From assembly GCA_045561575.1 (NCBI GenBank), contig JBJKXM010000072.1, positions 1 through 62,219 of the forward strand: a stretch of DNA of 62,219 nt, in the 5' to 3' direction. The notes beneath the pieces were generated by a model that had not been told where the DNA came from, ran no database searches, and saw only the letters and a list, made by a program, of their open reading frames with translations. The stretch comes from Flavobacteriales bacterium. GTDB taxonomy: Bacteria; Bacteroidota; Bacteroidia; Flavobacteriales; BACL11. A program made the position numbers and the translations under genes. Position 1 is the stretch's first letter; the number at the start of each line of letters is the position of its first letter. This document shows positions 40,544-51,716 of the stretch, piece by piece.

Positions 40544-41740
40544 TTATAATTCTGAAATTAATTTCTTCATTTCATCAGATTTCTTATAGTCACCTTTCAT
40601 ATAATAAAGTTGTTTTAAAGATAATAATGTGTTTTTATCGGATGTGTTGAGCTGGTACGCACTTTCTAAAAACGGAAGTGCTTTATCAAAATAAGTTTCA
40701 GCTTGATTTTTTAATTTTTTGTATTTATTATTATCACTTGTGGAATTAGCAGAATTATTTAGCTCAACAGCTTTGTTAAAAAATAAAGCACCTAAATTAT
40801 AATTACTACCAAAAGAAGATGGATCTAATTCGATAGCTTTTAAATAATCTATCTCTGCTTCTGAAGTTTGTCCTTCTTGATCATAAATAGTACCTCTATT
40901 AAAGTAAAGTAAGCTGTTTTCAGGGTCTAATTCAATGGCCTCCCCTAATTTTGTGATAAGTTCATTTGTTCTATCTAGTTCAATATAAAGATTGATTTCA
41001 GTGTTTATTAGTGACTGATCATCTTCAAACATTTCTCTACCTAAAGAAAGATACTCAATAGTTTTCTCAATATTATTTTCTCTTTTATAGATATCACTCA
41101 TTTGAATGTAAATAGAAGGTTCATTAAAATTAATATCAATTAATTTTTGAAGAAGTTCTTTTGATTTTGTATCATTTTTTAATTTACTAGATGAAAAGAA
41201 AGAGTTGTAAAGAATAGTTTCTTGAGTTATATTACCTCTTTTAAGTTGATCTTCTTCGTCGAATGGAACAATAGCAAATATTTTTTCATAAAAATCTAAA
41301 GAAGACTGATAATCACCTTCATTGTATTTATCAATTCCTAAATTAAATAACTTATAGCCACACTGAATTAAACCAGCAAGAACATCTTCTTTAGGAGTCC
41401 ATTTTCTTACTATAATTCTATCCTTTTTACCTTTTGTTAAACATTTGATATAAGAATCAGTTGCTTTTAAAATTGCTTTATTATCTAATTCTGGTTTTTT
41501 AAGAGCAATTTCCAAGTATATTGGAGCTCTGTAGTTCCACATTTTTGGTTCATTTGAAGTACTTTCATTAGAATAAGCTAAGTCAATATAGTCCTTAGCC
41601 TCTGCTAATAATACCCCAATATCATCACCAGTTGCTTTCTTGGCATTTCTAAGAGCAATAGACGCATTTACAATGTTATGTTTCTGTGCAATTGCTACAG
41701 AAGAAATAAGCATACTTAAAACGATTATAATTTTTTTCAT
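40544..41740 (-). CDS. Secreted tetratricopeptide-repeat protein
   Basis: Signal peptide MKKIIIVLSMLISSVAIAQ and several TPR units (AIELDPENSLLYFNRGTIY, AIELDPSSFGSNYNLGALF). Confidence 0.6.
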   Translation of the reverse strand: MKKIIIVLSMLISSVAIAQKHNIVNASIALRNAKKATGDDIGVLLAEAKDYIDLAYSNESTSNEPKMWNYRAPIYLEIALKKPELDNKAILKATDSYIKCLTKGKKDRIIVRKWTPKEDVLAGLIQCGYKLFNLGIDKYNEGDYQSSLDFYEKIFAIVPFDEEDQLKRGNITQETILYNSFFSSSKLKNDTKSKELLQKLIDINFNEPSIYIQMSDIYKRENNIEKTIEYLSLGREMFEDDQSLINTEINLYIELDRTNELITKLGEAIELDPENSLLYFNRGTIYDQEGQTSEAEIDYLKAIELDPSSFGSNYNLGALFFNKAVELNNSANSTSDNNKYKKLKNQAETYFDKALPFLESAYQLNTSDKNTLLSLKQLYYMKGDYKKSDEMKKLISEL

Positions 41741-41746
41741 TATTTA

Positions 41747-44604
41747 CTAGTATTTGATTTCATTAATTTTAAAGTTAAACTTTATTCCATCATTGGTTGA
41801 TGATAATTTTTCAAGCTTTTTCTTTATTAAATATTTATTTCCAACAATAACTATTGCCATTTCATCTGGTCTAATTTTATTGGATGCAATAGTATTTATT
41901 TCATTTAAAGTCATATCATTTAAAATATCAGCTTGTTTGTTGATATATGATGGATCTAAATCATATGTTAAAATTCTATTTAAAAAACCTAATTTTTGAT
42001 TAGGTGTTTCATATTTCATTGAAGCAGAATTTAAAAAAGATTCTTTAGTGGAATTTAATTCATCAGTTGTTAAACCTGTATTAGTGTAATTATCTAAAAT
42101 CGAAAAAATTTCAGCTAATGCACTGTCAGTAACCTCAGTTTTAACACTTGTTTGAATACCAAACATTCCAGTTTGTTTTTCACCCATAAAGAATGAATAC
42201 GCACCATAAGTATATCCTTTGTCTTCTCTAAGATTTAAAAATAATCTTCCACTTGCTCCACCACCAAGTGATTTATTCATAATTTGAGACTTAAAAAATT
42301 CTCCATCAGCATCATAGCTATTAGATTTATGACCCATCATTATGTAAGATTGAGTTGCACCTTCTTTATCTAATAAATAAATTTGAGTAGTATTATCTGA
42401 TGGAAATTCAAAATTAGATGGTAAATTAATATTCTTATTTTCCCATTTTTTCAGAAAATCTAATTGAGAATAAAATTCATCTTTTGAAATATTTCCAACA
42501 GCTACTAATTCACTAACATTAGGAGAGTAATTATTATAGAATTCTTTAACATCTTTTAGTTTAATCTTTTTTAAGTTTTTTTCAGACATAGAATTTCCAT
42601 ATGGTGTATCACCAAATAATACTTTTCCCATAGTAGTACTAGCTAAATATTGAGAATTTTTTTTCATAGACTCTAAACCTTCTGAGTTAGTCTTTTTAAC
42701 TCTTTTAAAATCCTCTTCATTAAATGCAGGGTTTAAAAGTTTATCTTCAACAAGTGAAATAGTTTGAGAAAAATTTTCAGTTAAAGATTCAATAAATAAT
42801 GTAGTAACATCACCGTCTGATGAGAATGAAACAGTACTTCCTAATTTCTGAAGAGCAACACTTATATCTTCAGAAGATTTATTTAAAGTACTTTCATTCA
42901 TCATTTGAGCAGTCAAATTAGCAACACCAACTTTTTTACTATTTTCTAAAAGAGAACCACCATTTATTTTGAGTCTTACATATACCTTTGGCACTTCATT
43001 AGTTTGTGAAAAAATAGTTTTTAAACCATTGTCAAAATTTTCTTTGTGGTACTCAGGTATTTTAGGAGTTTTTGGTGCTGCTGGTTCAGGTTGTGTATGT
43101 CTACAGCATGCATCAAATTCAGAACTAGCCTTGTTATAAATTAAATTGTCATATTGTGGATCTTCTTTTAAAATTAAATCTGAATTCGGATTTCTGCTAA
43201 TAAGGGAATCAAGTTCTTTAACAAAAGGACTTTTAGGTCTTACTTGATTAATTACTGCTTTTCTATTTTTAATATATTTATTAAAAACTCTCATAATATC
43301 AGCTCTTGTTACGTTTTCATATCTAGCAATTTCAGACGAAACATTATGTTTTCCTCTTCCGAGCCATTCCCATTGCGAAATCATTGTTGCTTTTGTAGAA
43401 ATAGAAGTTTTCATATCAAAACTTTGACTTATCATTTCAGTTTTTACCATTTCTAAATCTTCATCAGCAAATCCTTTTTCTTCCCATTCGGCAATTGTAT
43501 TTCTGATATCTGCTTCTATATTATTAAAATATATTCCTTGATCTTCTTGCCAATCTGGAAATGTTAATACAGTAAAATGAAATTCCCCAGATAGTTCTCT
43601 ACAAGGGTGACTAACTCCTGCCTGAATAGCTTTTTCTGATTTTACAAAGTTTTTATAGAAAATAGATTTTTTACCATCACCCATTAATGCTGCAAGCATA
43701 TCTAAAGGAGCTTCATCTTTATGGTAATTTGGAACTGTTGGAAATACTATATCAGTCATTGGTAAATAAACATTATCTGTATATCCAGTGTAAATATCTG
43801 ATGATAACCTAGGCACCATAGATCCCAATTTTTTTACCTCTGCTCCTCTAGGGATAGAACCAAAATATTTTTGAACAAGAGGTAAAACTTCTTCACTATT
43901 AACATCTCCAGTAATTGTTAATATTGCATTGTTTGGACCGTACCATCTCAAAAAGAAGTTTTTTAAATCCTCAAGAGTTGCTCTATCTAAATCATCAACA
44001 TATCCAATTACTGGCCAGTTATAAGGATGTGATGGAGGATATAGATTTTGACCTAAAATTTCATAACTCATACCGTATTGTCTACTTATCTGATTTTGAT
44101 ATTTTTCATTTTTAACGGCATCTCTTTGATTTTCAAACTTTTCTGGAGTAACAGCATTTAATAGAAAACCCATTCTATCTGCTTCAAGCCAAAGTGCGGT
44201 TTCTAAATAATTTGCTGGAATAGTTTGAAAATAAACAGTTCTATCATAAGTTGTATTTCCATTCATATTACCACCTGCATCATTAATGATTTTAAAGTGC
44301 TTTTCATCAGGAACATTTTCTGAACCTTGAAACATCATATGTTCAAAAAAGTGGCAAAACCAGATTTACCTGCTGTTTCTCTATTTGACCCAACATGATA
44401 AGTAACGTGTACATGTACTAATGGATCTGATTTGTCTTCATGAATTAGAACTTTCAATCCATTTGATAGTTCCCATTTTTCAAAAGGAATATCAATGGGA
44501 TTAGTGCTAGCTTCTTTGATTAATAAAGGTTGATTTTCATTATTTGAAAATAATGATAATGAAACAACAAGAAATGAAAATAGAAATGTAATGAATTTAG
44601 TCAT
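41747..44604 (-). pseudogene. M16 (pitrilysin/insulinase) family zinc peptidase, frame broken as sequenced at the HxxEH motif
   Basis: ORF 44335..44604 (signal peptide ...HVGSNRETAGKSGFATFLNI*) and ORF 41747..44338 (MMFQGSENV...) are one gene. Adding one base at about 44354 restores ...GKSGFA-HFFEH-MMFQGSENV (952 aa). Confidence 0.8.
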
Positions 44605-44695
44605 CTTAAAATATTTTTAAAAGTCAACAAAAATATATTAAAAAAAAACTAATTTTCTAGTGAAGAAGCAAATAAATTTTTAAATCAAAAAATAA

Positions 44696-47362
44696 TTATA
44701 TGTCAGAAAATAAATTTGGCGCATCATCATCTTTATTATCATCTGATGAATTGTCATTATTATTTTCTAAATCAGAACTATCAGACTCAGCATTATCTTG
44801 ATCTATTATTGTTTTATTTTCATTAGAATTTTCTTCAATTGAATTATCAACATTAGAATTAGTAACTTCATCTGCATTTGCTTCAATTACATCTTCTCCT
44901 TCTTGATTTGTATCTTCATCTTCGAATTTTGAAACTTTTGCTACAGATGCTATTGAATCTTCATCTCTTAATCTAATTAGTTTTACACCCTGAGTTGCTC
45001 TTCCCATAACTCTAAGAGTGTCTACACCAATTCTAATAGTTATTCCTGATTTATTAATAACCATTAAGTCATCATTATCAGTAACATTTTTTAAAGCAAT
45101 TAATTGACCTGTTTTCTCTGTTATGTTAATAGTTTTAACACCTTTTCCGCCTCTATTAGTTATTCTATAATCCTCAACAGCAGAACGTTTACCATAACCA
45201 TTTTCAGCTACAACTAATACTGTTGAAGTTTGATCTTCAATACATATCATTCCAACCACTTCATCTTTATCACTAGCCAATCTAATTCCTCTGACTCCGG
45301 CAGCAGTTCTTCCCATTGCTCTTACTTTCTCTTCCTCAAAATGAATAGCTTTTCCAGATTTAACAGCCATCATTATGTGAGAATTACCAGTTGTCATTTT
45401 AGCTTCTAATAATTGATCACCTTCTCTGATGGTAATAGCATTTATTCCGTTTGTTCTAGGTCTTGAATATGCTTCTAATGAAGTCTTTTTAACAACACCT
45501 TTCTTTGTACACATCATTATATAATGTGAATTTATATATTCTTCATCCTTAAGATCCTTGGTATTAATGTAAGCCATTACCTTATCTTCTTTAGGTAAAT
45601 TGATTATATTTTGAATTGCTCTTCCTTTAGAAGTTTTACTTCCTTCAGGAATTTCATAAACTTTTAACCAAAAACACCTTCCTTGTTCAGTAAAGAATAA
45701 CATGTAATCATGATTATTAGCCATAACCATTTCTTCAACAAAGTCTTCATCTCTAGTAGTAGCGCCTTTAGAACCAACTCCTCCTCTACCTTGTGATCTA
45801 TATTCTGATAATGTTGTTCTTTTGATATATCCTAAATGAGATATTGTAATCAATACTTCATCATTTGGAATCATATCCTCAATACTTACCTCAGATGAAG
45901 AGAATTCAATATTTGATCTTCTTTCATCACCATATTTTTCTCTAACTTCTTCTAAATCATTAACTAACAATGAATATCTCAAGTCTTTATCACCTAAAAT
46001 TTCTTTTAATCTTTCAATTTTTTTCATGATTTCATCATGCTCCTCCTTGATCTTATCCATTTCAAGACCGGTAAGTTTTTGTAGTCTTAAATCAAGAATA
46101 GCTTTTGCTTGAATTTCAGTTAAGTCAAAATTGGAGATTAAACCATTTCGCGCATCTTCCGGAGTTCGAGATGATCTTATTAATTTTATTATTGCATCTA
46201 GATTATTTAAGGCAATAAGCAAACCTTCTAAAATATGTGCTCTTTTCTCTGCTTGCTTTAATTCAAAATTTGTTTTCCTAACAAGAACATCATGTCTGTG
46301 ATCAACAAAATGTTGAATTAGCTCTTTTAAATTTAAAAGTTTAGGTCTGCCGCCAACTAGTGCTATATTGTTTACGCTAAATGATGATTGTAATGAAGTG
46401 TATTTATAGAGTTTATTAAGAACAATATTTGGAATACAGTCTCTTTTAAGATCATATACAATTCTCATTCCATTTCTATCAGATTCATCTCTAATATCAG
46501 AAATACCATCAATTTTTTTACTATTGACAAGATCTGCAGTTTGTTTAATAAGATTTGATTTATTCACCATATATGGAATTTCCTCAACTATAATTCTCTC
46601 TCTTCCATTATCTTCATCAAACCTAACTTTACCTCTTACAACAATTCTTCCTCTACCTGTTTCAAAAGCTGATTTTACACCATCATATCCGTATATAGTA
46701 CCACCAGTTGGAAAATCAGGAGCTTTAACGTGTTCCATTAATTCAGCAACATCTAAATCTCCTTTTTTCTGGATGTAAGCAATAACTCCATTTACGATTT
46801 CAGTTAAGTTATGAGGAGGCATATTTGTTGCCATTCCTACAGCAATTCCTGTGGTACCATTTAATAATAAATTAGGTAATCTTGCAGGTAAAACTGATGG
46901 TTCTTTTAGTGTGTCGTCAAAATTATCATTCCAGTCTATTGTATCTTTATCAATATCAAGAAGCATATCCTCTGTAGTCTTTCTCATTCTAGCTTCAGTG
47001 TAACGCATTGCAGCTGGATTATCACCATCAATAGATCCAAAATTTCCTTGACCATCAACCATCATATATCTCAAGCTCCACTCCTGTGCCATTCTAACCA
47101 TAGCATCATAAACTGCGGTATCACCATGAGGGTGAAACTTACCTAAAACTTCCCCCACTATTCTCGCAGATTTTTTATAAGCAGTATTAGATTTAATGCC
47201 AAGTTCGTGCATACCATATAATATCCTTCTATGTACTGGTTTTAAGCCATCTCTTACATCTGGAAGCGCTCTGGAAACAATAACAGACATTGAATAATCA
47301 ATGTACTTTGATTTCATTTCTTCCTCGATATTTATAGCAATAATTTTTTCTCCTTCTAACAT
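44696..47362 (-). CDS. gyrA: DNA gyrase subunit A with a long acidic C-terminal tail
   Basis: [10 protein letters not shown] (active-site Tyr), GyrA-box-like QGRGGVG, six CTD blades, and a 77-aa D/E/N/S-rich tail. Confidence 0.97.
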   Translation of the reverse strand: MLEGEKIIAINIEEEMKSKYIDYSMSVIVSRALPDVRDGLKPVHRRILYGMHELGIKSNTAYKKSARIVGEVLGKFHPHGDTAVYDAMVRMAQEWSLRYMMVDGQGNFGSIDGDNPAAMRYTEARMRKTTEDMLLDIDKDTIDWNDNFDDTLKEPSVLPARLPNLLLNGTTGIAVGMATNMPPHNLTEIVNGVIAYIQKKGDLDVAELMEHVKAPDFPTGGTIYGYDGVKSAFETGRGRIVVRGKVRFDEDNGRERIIVEEIPYMVNKSNLIKQTADLVNSKKIDGISDIRDESDRNGMRIVYDLKRDCIPNIVLNKLYKYTSLQSSFSVNNIALVGGRPKLLNLKELIQHFVDHRHDVLVRKTNFELKQAEKRAHILEGLLIALNNLDAIIKLIRSSRTPEDARNGLISNFDLTEIQAKAILDLRLQKLTGLEMDKIKEEHDEIMKKIERLKEILGDKDLRYSLLVNDLEEVREKYGDERRSNIEFSSSEVSIEDMIPNDEVLITISHLGYIKRTTLSEYRSQGRGGVGSKGATTRDEDFVEEMVMANNHDYMLFFTEQGRCFWLKVYEIPEGSKTSKGRAIQNIINLPKEDKVMAYINTKDLKDEEYINSHYIMMCTKKGVVKKTSLEAYSRPRTNGINAITIREGDQLLEAKMTTGNSHIMMAVKSGKAIHFEEEKVRAMGRTAAGVRGIRLASDKDEVVGMICIEDQTSTVLVVAENGYGKRSAVEDYRITNRGGKGVKTINITEKTGQLIALKNVTDNDDLMVINKSGITIRIGVDTLRVMGRATQGVKLIRLRDEDSIASVAKVSKFEDEDTNQEGEDVIEANADEVTNSNVDNSIEENSNENKTIIDQDNAESDSSDLENNNDNSSDDNKDDDAPNLFSDI

Positions 47363-47540
47363 GTAATTTTGATGTTTTGTTTAACAAACAAATTAAAGAA
47401 AATTACACACTTTATTGTACTAAAATCAAAGATATTTCGTTGTTAAGTTATGAACATTATCTGTTAAGAAATTACATAGTATTTGTAGATTAAAAACTAG
47501 ATTTTTTGAGGTATCTTGCAGGTACAAATTTAGATAGTAT

Positions 47541-50056
47541 ATGAAGACAGGATTTTCAAATAGAATGAAGGACGTTTTTACATTCGTTCGTGAAGAAGTA
47601 ATTAGATTAGGGACATACCTCTATTAAGGTAGAACATCTATTTCTTGGAATTTTAAGAGATGGTGGTGGTTCTGCAATAAAAGTTTTAAAAAACCTTGAT
47701 GTTGAGCCTTCTGACCTAAAAACAATTATTGAAAATACCATAAAAAACAATCTTGTGCACAATGAAGCTAGACCAAATGAAATATCATTTAGCAAACAAG
47801 CAGAAAGAGTATTAAAGAAATCAATTTTAGAAAGAAAAAATCTATCTGAAGATGAAATTAAAACAATACATGTTTTGCTTTCAATTCTTCTTGATGATAA
47901 TAATATCATTACCACAACTTTAAAACACCTTCATATAGATTATGAAATTATCCTTGAAGAATACCAATCACTAAACATTAATATTAGTTCTGAAGATAAA
48001 ACTTCATACAGTGAAGATGATGTTAATGATGATGACATTTTTGGCCCTGCACCTGAAGAACCAACACAAACTAAAAAGACTTCTACCAAAACCAATACTC
48101 CTGTTTTAGATAATTTTGGTAGAGACTTAACTCTCTATGCAAAAGAAGGCAAATTAGACCCAATTGTTGGAAGACATAAGGAAATTGAAAGAGTATCTCA
48201 GATTCTAAGTAGAAGAAAGAAAAATAATCCAATATTAGTTGGTGAACCTGGTGTTGGAAAATCTGCAATTGCTGAAGGCTTAGCTCTTAGAATTGTTGAG
48301 AAAAAAGTTTCTAGAAATTTATTTAATAAAAGAATTATAATGCTGGATTTAGCTGCAATAGTTGCAGGCACAAAATATCGTGGTCAATTCGAAGAAAGGC
48401 TAAAAAGCATAATATCAGAATTAGAAAAAAATAAGGATATCATTTTATTCATTGATGAAATCCATACTTTGGTTGGAGCTGGTGGCGCATCTGGTTCATT
48501 AGATGCCTCAAATATGTTTAAACCTGCCTTAGCCAGAGGCGAGTTACAATGCATCGGTGCAACAACATTAAATGAGTATAGACAACATATTGAAAAAGAT
48601 GGAGCCTTAGAAAGGAGATTTCAAAAAATTATAGTTCAACCATCATCGGTTAATGAAACAATAGATATTCTAATGAATATTAAATATAAATATGAAGATC
48701 ACCACAATGTAACATATACTGAAGAAGCAGTAAAAGCTTGTGTGCATTTGACTAATAGATATATTACAGATAGATTTTTTCCTGATAAAGCTATTGATGC
48801 TTTAGATGAAGCTGGATCAAGAGTTCATATTACCAACATTAAGGTTTCAAAAAAAGTTACCGAATTAGAAGAGAAAATTGCTGAAACATCTGCAAATAAA
48901 ATAACTGCTATTAAACAACAAAAGTTTGAAATTGCTGCTAAACTTCGTGATTCTGAAAAACTATTAATCCAAACATTAGAAAAAGAAAAAAGAAAGTTGG
49001 GAAAAAACTTCAAAAGCTAGAAAAGAAGTTGTTAATGAAAAGAATATTCAAGATGTAGTTAGCATAATGACTGGAATAACTGTTCAATCTATTGCTTCTA
49101 AAGAAAAGAAAGTTTTGTCAAATATGGCAAATAAGATAAACAAGACTATTATTGGACAAGATGAGGCAGTAAAAAAAGTTGTTAATGCTATTAGAAGAAA
49201 TAGAGCTGGTTTAAAAGATCCGAATAAACCAATTGGTTCATTTATTTTTATTGGTCCAACAGGAGTAGGAAAAACACAGTTAACCAAATCATTATCTCTT
49301 GAAATGTTTGATTCTGATGATGCTCTTATTAGAATTGATATGAGTGAATACATGGAAAAGTTTGCTATCTCAAGACTAATTGGTGCTCCTCCAGGATATA
49401 TTGGGTATGAAGAAGGGGGGCAACTAACTGAAAAAGTAAGAAGAAGACCTTATTCAGTTGTATTACTGGATGAAATTGAAAAAGCTCACCCAGATATTAC
49501 AAATTTATTATTACAAGTACTTGATGAAGGTAAAATAACTGATAGTCTTGGAAGAACTATTGATTTCAGAAATACAATCATCATAATGACATCAAATATT
49601 GGATCTCGACAAATAACTGAATATGGTAACGGAATTGGATTTAGTACAAAAGCAAAAGAAAACAGTTTTGAATCTGAATCTAAAAGTATTATTGAAAAAG
49701 CATTAAAAAAACGGTTTAGCCCAGAGTTTTTGAACCGAATTGATGAAACAATATTATTTAAAACTCTCAATAAAGAAGATATAATTAAAATTATTGATAT
49801 AGAAATAAATCAAATATCTGACAGAATAAATGAATTAGGCTATACAGCTAAAATTAATAAAGCTGCTAAAGTTTTTATAGCTGATAAAGGATTTGACCTG
49901 AAAAATGGAGTAAGACCTTTAAAACGTGCAATACAACGTTTATTTGAAGATCCAATTTCTGAACTTATTATAGATTCTAAACTTGAAAAAGGAGAAACAA
50001 TTAATGCAACACTAGCAAAAGATAAAAAATCACTACTTTTTAAACATAAAAAGTAA
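47541..50056 (+). pseudogene. clpC: ClpC-type AAA+ chaperone (Clp protease ATP-binding subunit), frame broken twice as sequenced
   Basis: The ATG at 47541 gives MKTGFSNRMKDVFTFVREEVIRLG, then a stop. The +1 frame continues from 47611 as GHTSIKVEHLFLGILRDGGGSAI (Clp_N). The join is at the GGG run 47610..47612. The second break is in the A5/A6 tracts at 48980..48991, where ...LEKEK continues as ...WEKTSKARKEVVNEKNIQDVVSIMTGI. Walker A motifs GEPGVGKS and GPTGVGKT, UVR-like FEIAAKLRDSE, GIGF ClpP loop. Repaired length is 837 aa. Confidence 0.85.
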
Positions 50057-50058
50057 TA

Positions 50059-50862
50059 TTACTTTTTCGTTTTTATCAAGCTAATATATTTATAATGACC
50101 ATCAACAAAGGAATTATATATTTTACTTCCTTTTATTGCTGCAAATGATTCTAGAATCCTTTTCAAGAAATTTGATTTAACACTTTTTAAAAGTTCTTTT
50201 CTTTGTTGTGTCATTATATCAGAAGCCTTAATTATGTTTTTTGTTATATCTATATAATCATTTGATATAAGTTCACTATGTTCTAACTTAGATAAATGAT
50301 CGGTAATGTTTGTATCTATTACAAAATCACAATATAAAAATTTTCCATTCTTTTTAAGAACTCGAGAAACATCGTTAATAAATTTTGGAATTGATGGATA
50401 ACAATGAGATGATTCAACATTAATTACAACATCAAAAAAATTATTCTCAAAAGGAATATTTTCAGAATCACCTACTAAAAATTCTAAATTATCTTGCTTA
50501 TGTGATTCATTAGATAATTTAACTGCATTAGGTGACAAATCAATACCATAAATTTTATATGGCTTATGATATCTAGCAATATATGAGGCTCCTCCGCCTC
50601 TACCACTACCAACTTCTAAAACATTTAAACCTTCTATATTTATTTTCGAACATAAATGCTCATATAATTGAATAGGATATCTTTCAATTTCATCTGCTTC
50701 AGAAAGGTCTAATTTTAGATTATCATCATAGTAACCATAATTCATGAATCTAAAAAAGTCTTTCTTAAATCTTTTAGATATAAAATTATACCAAATTTTC
50801 CAAGAATATCTTTTTAACCTTGGGAATAGATTTATAAAAAAGAAAAGAATTTTATAAAACAA
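50059..50862 (-). CDS. Class I SAM-dependent methyltransferase
   Basis: FMNYGY, LEVGSGRGGGA (motif I), FDVVINVESSH. TTG start as tracked; start is uncertain. Confidence 0.65.
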   Translation of the reverse strand: MFYKILFFFINLFPRLKRYSWKIWYNFISKRFKKDFFRFMNYGYYDDNLKLDLSEADEIERYPIQLYEHLCSKINIEGLNVLEVGSGRGGGASYIARYHKPYKIYGIDLSPNAVKLSNESHKQDNLEFLVGDSENIPFENNFFDVVINVESSHCYPSIPKFINDVSRVLKKNGKFLYCDFVIDTNITDHLSKLEHSELISNDYIDITKNIIKASDIMTQQRKELLKSVKSNFLKRILESFAAIKGSKIYNSFVDGHYKYISLIKTKK

Positions 50863-50866
50863 AAAA

Positions 50867-51691
50867 TTATTTATTAGATGAATTTAAATAGTTTGCCATC
50901 GATTCTTCACTCATTCCCATAAAAGAAAATCCACCATCATGAAAAAGATTTTGCATAGTAACTTTTTTAGTATAATCAGAAAATAATGTAATAGTATATG
51001 CAGCGCATTCTTCAGCATCAGCATTACCTAAAGGAGCTAAATCATCTGAAAACCTATAAAACACATCAAATCCTTTTACTCCGCTTCCAGCAGTAGTTAA
51101 GGTAGGTGATTGAGATATTGTGTTTACCCTAACATTTCTTCTTACACCATAATGATAACCAAAACTTCTAGCAATAGATTCTAATACAGCTTTATTATCT
51201 GCCATATCATTATAAGTATGAAATACTCTTTGTGCAGCAATATAAGAGAGACCAACAATAGAACCCCATTCGTTCATAGCATCTAAATTCCATGCAGATT
51301 GCATTACTTTGTGAAAAGATAAAGCAGAAACATCCATACCTTTCATTGTGAAGTCATAATTTTGATCGTAATAAGATCTACCTTTTCTAACATTTACAGA
51401 CATTCCTATTGAATGTAAAACAAAATCAATTTTTCCCCCTAATTCTTTAATAGATTCATTAAATAAATTATCAAGATCATCCATATTTGTAGCATCAGCA
51501 GGAATGACTTTTGAATTTGTTTCATCAGCTAATTTATCAATAGTACCCATTCTTAATGCAATTGGTGCATTTGTTAAAACAAATTTTGCTCCTTCACTAT
51601 ATGCATGTTGAGCAACTTTCCAGGCTATAGATTTATCATCTAAAGCACCGAAAATTATTCCTCTCTTTCCTTTTAGTAAATTATTATTCAT
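50867..51691 (-). CDS. fabI: Enoyl-[acyl-carrier-protein] reductase (NADH) FabI
   Basis: GKRGIIFGALDDKSIAW N-terminus and an SDR fold with the SYIAAQRV...MADNKA region. 274 aa. Confidence 0.9.
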   Translation of the reverse strand: MNNNLLKGKRGIIFGALDDKSIAWKVAQHAYSEGAKFVLTNAPIALRMGTIDKLADETNSKVIPADATNMDDLDNLFNESIKELGGKIDFVLHSIGMSVNVRKGRSYYDQNYDFTMKGMDVSALSFHKVMQSAWNLDAMNEWGSIVGLSYIAAQRVFHTYNDMADNKAVLESIARSFGYHYGVRRNVRVNTISQSPTLTTAGSGVKGFDVFYRFSDDLAPLGNADAEECAAYTITLFSDYTKKVTMQNLFHDGGFSFMGMSEESMANYLNSSNK

Positions 51692-51716
51692 TATTTAATT
51701 TTTTACAAATATATGA

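Noticed and set aside
47541-49066. The ClpC pieces interpreted as separate genes (an N-domain-only protein, a D1-only ATPase and a D2-only ATPase).
   Set aside because: The three segments are collinear with one ClpC, and motifs continue across single-base junctions. The split is a frame break, not gene architecture.
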